A DNA stretch of 64,000 nucleotides from Perna viridis (Eukaryota): positions 26,908,001-26,972,000 of the forward strand of contig CM074512.1 in the NCBI GenBank assembly GCA_037379345.1, given 5' to 3'. This document shows positions 60,505 through 64,000 of this stretch, piece after piece (position 1 is the stretch's first letter; every line of letters starts with the position of its first letter). The notes beneath the pieces were generated by a model, which saw only the letters and a program-made list of their open reading frames with translations, was not told the origin of the DNA and did not search any database. Both the position numbers and the translations under genes were made by a program.

Positions 60505-60835
60505 CTATAAGTAAATATAAAACAAATTATCTCCAGTTATAACTCAACTGAAATGCAGTCAAATACTTTGCTGAAATGAATAATTTCACCTAGTGTTAAT
60601 AACTTCTTTGTGACTCATGTTACTAGTATATTAGTGGATTATACACGCATGCAATACCGGTACGACAGGTGTTATTGTTTGAGCAAGACATGCTTACCCT
60701 TTAAGGGCACCTGATGTCACTCCCAGTTTTTTTGGGGAAGTTCTTATTGCTAGTGCTCAAGTTTTTTAAGTGATGTCTTGTTTTCCTAATATTCAGTTTT
60801 TATGTGTAATCTATTTTATTATTCGTTACATTATG

Positions 60836-61046
60836 TACTGTGACAGGACTTTTATTCATGAATATCAATTTTCGTGGATAGCAGACAAACCTTTGTTTTG
60901 TGAATTCTTGAATTCATTGTTTGATATGTCACATATTGCAAATAAATGAAAAATACGTATTTCGTCAGCAATTTAATTTCTTGGTTTGTGTCAACTACGA
61001 AATCCACGAAAATTGGTACCCTACGAATATAAGTACTTTCACAGTA
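60836..61046. mobile_element. MITE with ~45-bp imperfect TIRs and TA ends (Tc1/mariner-like)
   Basis: Left TACTGTGA...CAATTTTCGTGGAT; right ATCCACGAAAATTG...TCACAGTA. Confidence 0.75.
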
Positions 61047-61772
61047 TGTATCGTCTTTGTTTCCTGTATTCACATTTATTATGTATTTGAATGTTTCCAC
61101 TGCTGACGCTTAAGTATTATTTGTAAACATCTAAAAAAAATTGCCAGTATGTCTAACTTTGAAAACGGAAAAAAAAATACAGAAAAATTAAGAGTTACAT
61201 TAAGGCCAATTTTAGTAGAAAACTTATACCTAGTTTAAACTTGACCTAATATAGACTTTAGATGATACTGAACTTTTAAGGTCATGAGCCCAACAAAATT
61301 TAAGCAAGACTCAGGTTAAACCCCAACTTTAACTTCTTTCAAATAAAATGCTTTGTCAAGTGTAGCTAGATACACCAAAGGAGGTCTAACCCTGATCCCG
61401 GCATATATGGACACAAAATTCAAGCTTGATACAGCTTTCCATTTTGATTGTGATTAAATGTATAACACAGGATTATATGTTGTCCAGAATGAAGTAACTC
61501 ACATATTAGCAATAAAACTTTTAAAAGATTATGTGAACAGACAAAAAGTGGTTTCTATAAATCCCAGAATTTGTTTCTGTAGGGTATGATAAATAAAAAA
61601 GAGCTTAGCAGTACACAGCATGATATAACCACAACATGTTGAACTCTGTTCACATTGGGCAAGTGTAGACAATGCTAGTTTTTGAAACACTTAAGCATGG
61701 GGACTTAAAATTCATTATGGACACAACAACTGATTTGGACACAATAAACCACCAATTATTTTGAGATTAAAA

Positions 61773-62622
61773 AACAAGAGGCTCCCAGGAGGTTGAATCG
61801 CTCACCTGGTTGAATTTTGTCTTTCAATGGCAATAAATTTAACAAGGAATTGTCCAAAAATTTAGACTCAAGAAGACTTTGGTAGGAGATATCATAAAGG
61901 TCATTTCAGCAAATGTAAGTTTCTTTCTATCTATTATAGTTTTCAAGATATTAGCTCAAAATTGTAAAAAAAAAAAAAAATATATCATTTGTCATCTTTC
62001 CAGGGCAGTAACTTTTACAAAGAGTCATCCAACAACTTTGATCCCTGAAGACTTTTCTAGGCCTTCAAATAAAGATCATTTCAGCATTTGAAATAATTTG
62101 CCTAAATCTAAAGGTTTTGGAGATATAATAAGTGATAAAGTATTGTTTGACCCCTATGTTCTATTTATAGTAACGGCAGCCATGTTTTTAATGAATATTA
62201 AATCCCCACATCAGTTCTATGCAGGACACCCCAAGGAACATTCATACCAAGTGTGGTTTTAATTGGTCAAGTAGTGTCAGAGGAGAAGATTTTTGAAAGA
62301 AATAACATTAAAAATTGCAAAAAAATATCAAAAAAGGGCAATAACTCAAACACGGTTGAACAGATTAAAATGAAAATTTGACCACAGACAAATCTCATCA
62401 TGCTGAACATTTGGCTAAACCTAACGGTTTTTGAGATATATGTGAAAAACTACTGTCTGACCCCTATGCTCTGTTTTAGTAAAGGCAGCCATGTTTTTCA
62501 ACGGATCAAAAATCCCCACATAAGTTCCAATTAGTTAAGAAGTGTAAGAGGAGAAGAGTTTTGAAAAATTGTTAACGACAAACTATGGACAACAACGATA
62601 GACGCAAAGTGATGGCAACAGC
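61773..62622 (-). mobile_element. Second copy of the 58035-58939 element
   Basis: Collinear with 58035-58939 along its length; 5' terminus truncated. Confidence 0.78.
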
Positions 62623-62676
62623 AATTATTTTCTTAATGAATCTAATAAAAGAATTTTTAAAATCTGACCAAAAGTA

Positions 62677-63178
62677 AACCAGAGGCTCTAGAGAGCCTGA
62701 ATCGCTCACCTGATTAACCGTTGCTTACTTGAAAAACTTGAGGAATGAGACAGGCTAAGTTAAAATCAACTGAATTGTCAAATACAGGAAGTACTTTTAA
62801 TAGCATTTTTATGATCTGAACCAGAATTTTGCTTCTGACCCCTATGTTCTATTTTTAGTATAGGCAGCCATATCTATTCATGGATTAAAAATCACAAAAG
62901 TCATTTTTAGCAAAATACACTAAAAAAATATGCTTATTTTCATTCAACAATCTTAAATGGTTTAAGAGAAGATTTTCAAAGTTGTACATGTGAAAAAAGA
63001 ACACAAAAACTGTTTCAGGGGCCATAACTCCTACATCAGTAGACGAATTCTGGCATAGATTCATCTCATGATGCTGAACAATTTTATCCCCCTGCCACAA
63101 TTTTGCTACAAGCAATGGTTTTCGAGTTATTTGCAAAAACTGCCTTTTTAACCCTATGTTCTTATTTTAGCAATGGCA
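62677..63178 (-). mobile_element. 3' part of the Helentron-like subfamily seen at ~25970-26129
   Basis: Reverse complement matches ...GCCTCATTCCTCAAGTTTTT...CAGGTGAGC.ATTCAGGCTCTCT.GAGCCTCT, followed by one internal repeat unit. Confidence 0.75.
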
Positions 63179-63204
63179 GGGCAGGAAACTCACTGAAATT
63201 CTAG

Positions 63205-63635
63205 CCAAAAAAAAGTGTGTAAAACTGAAACTTTGGTAATGTATGTAAAACTGAAAGTTGTTAAATTTGGAAAAAAATCAGCAAAGCAAAACGAAATGTT
63301 AATTCGATCTGCAACTCATCAAGGTAAACTTGCATACCAAAAATCAGCTCAATATATCTGCAAGTGTTTTGAAAAAAGTGTGGAAAACTTAAATTTTTTG
63401 GTAAATTTTTCCAAGGGCCCTAACTCGAACAAAAATCAGTGAAGTGGAACAAAATGTAAACTTGATCTGTAACTAATCAAGGTTGACTCAGATACAAAAA
63501 AAAAACAGCTTAATTTCTGCTAGCATTTAGTGAAAAAAGTGTGGAAAAGTTCAATTTTTTTCCAGACTGACAGACAGACAGATGGACGGACAGATGGATA
63601 GATGCACGAAGTGTAAATCTAAAGTTCCTTGGCTA
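63205..63635. mobile_element. Non-autonomous repeat with ~165-bp internal units and (GACA/GACG)n tract
   Basis: AAAAAAGTGTG(G/T)AAAA recurs at ~63210, 63373 and 63533; GACAGACAGACAGATGGACGGACAG at 63569-63595. Confidence 0.55.
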
Positions 63636-63923
63636 AAGATGGCCCTGTTTGTGGTCAGAATTCCAGGAATAATTGTTAATGTCCTTTCTATAAGGGTAAA
63701 AGACTGCTTATTTCTTACATGCTAATAAAAAAACCAAATAATTTCAACAAGTAACAACTGATACAATTGAAGTGGATTAGGCATGAATTACGATACATGT
63801 ATATTATTTCCAATGTCTACCAATGTGTAGAATGACTGAAATCTAACAATGACAAATAATAGACAAAAACCAGATAATCAATGGCTGCATTTAAGATCTA
63901 TTCTAGATAAATTAAGGAACCAC

Positions 63924-64000
63924 CTCCAAGAATTTGTGAACTGCAGGCTATCCATTATAACTGTGATTGCACCTCCATCACCAGTGTTATCCTCCAATAC
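63924..64000 (-). CDS. Possible upstream exon (partial) of the PPxY gene
   Basis: GC-richer open frame VLEDNTGDGGAITVIMDSLQFTNSW ending AG|GTGGTT. Phase 2 matches the 60504 acceptor, but the donor is weak and the exon is truncated by the window edge. Confidence 0.3.

Overview
AT-rich eukaryotic genomic DNA; the repeat families look like those of bivalve molluscs (my recollection, not verified). Bases 2-54705 (+ strand) hold the 3' part of one very large intron-containing gene, which I spliced by hand into 47 GT-AG exons forming a continuous reading frame of about 13.76 kb (about 4,585 aa). The N-terminus and signal peptide lie upstream of the window. The frame encodes 44 tandem immunoglobulin domains, a single transmembrane helix and a roughly 135-aa cytoplasmic tail. 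Forty of the Ig domains are homologous ~100-aa Ser/Thr-rich units in symmetric phase-1 exons; the other four are more distinct membrane-proximal domains. The tail has 14 tyrosines, two skippable Tyr micro-exons and a polybasic stretch. The 3' end has no FN3, TSP1, EGF or kinase domains, so this is not hemicentin, Dscam or titin. The 5' Ig exons are near-identical while their introns are mostly unrelated, which points to exon-level gene conversion and expansion. The best candidate for a novel system is therefore a giant, splice- or copy-number-variable Ig signalling receptor. A convergent gene ends on the - strand at 60315-60504 with two PPxY motifs. Introns and intergenic DNA contain an L2-type LINE remnant, SINE copies with target-site duplications, Helentron-like non-autonomous elements with internal ~325-bp repeats, MITEs and minisatellites. 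Splicing patterns cannot be established without transcripts.
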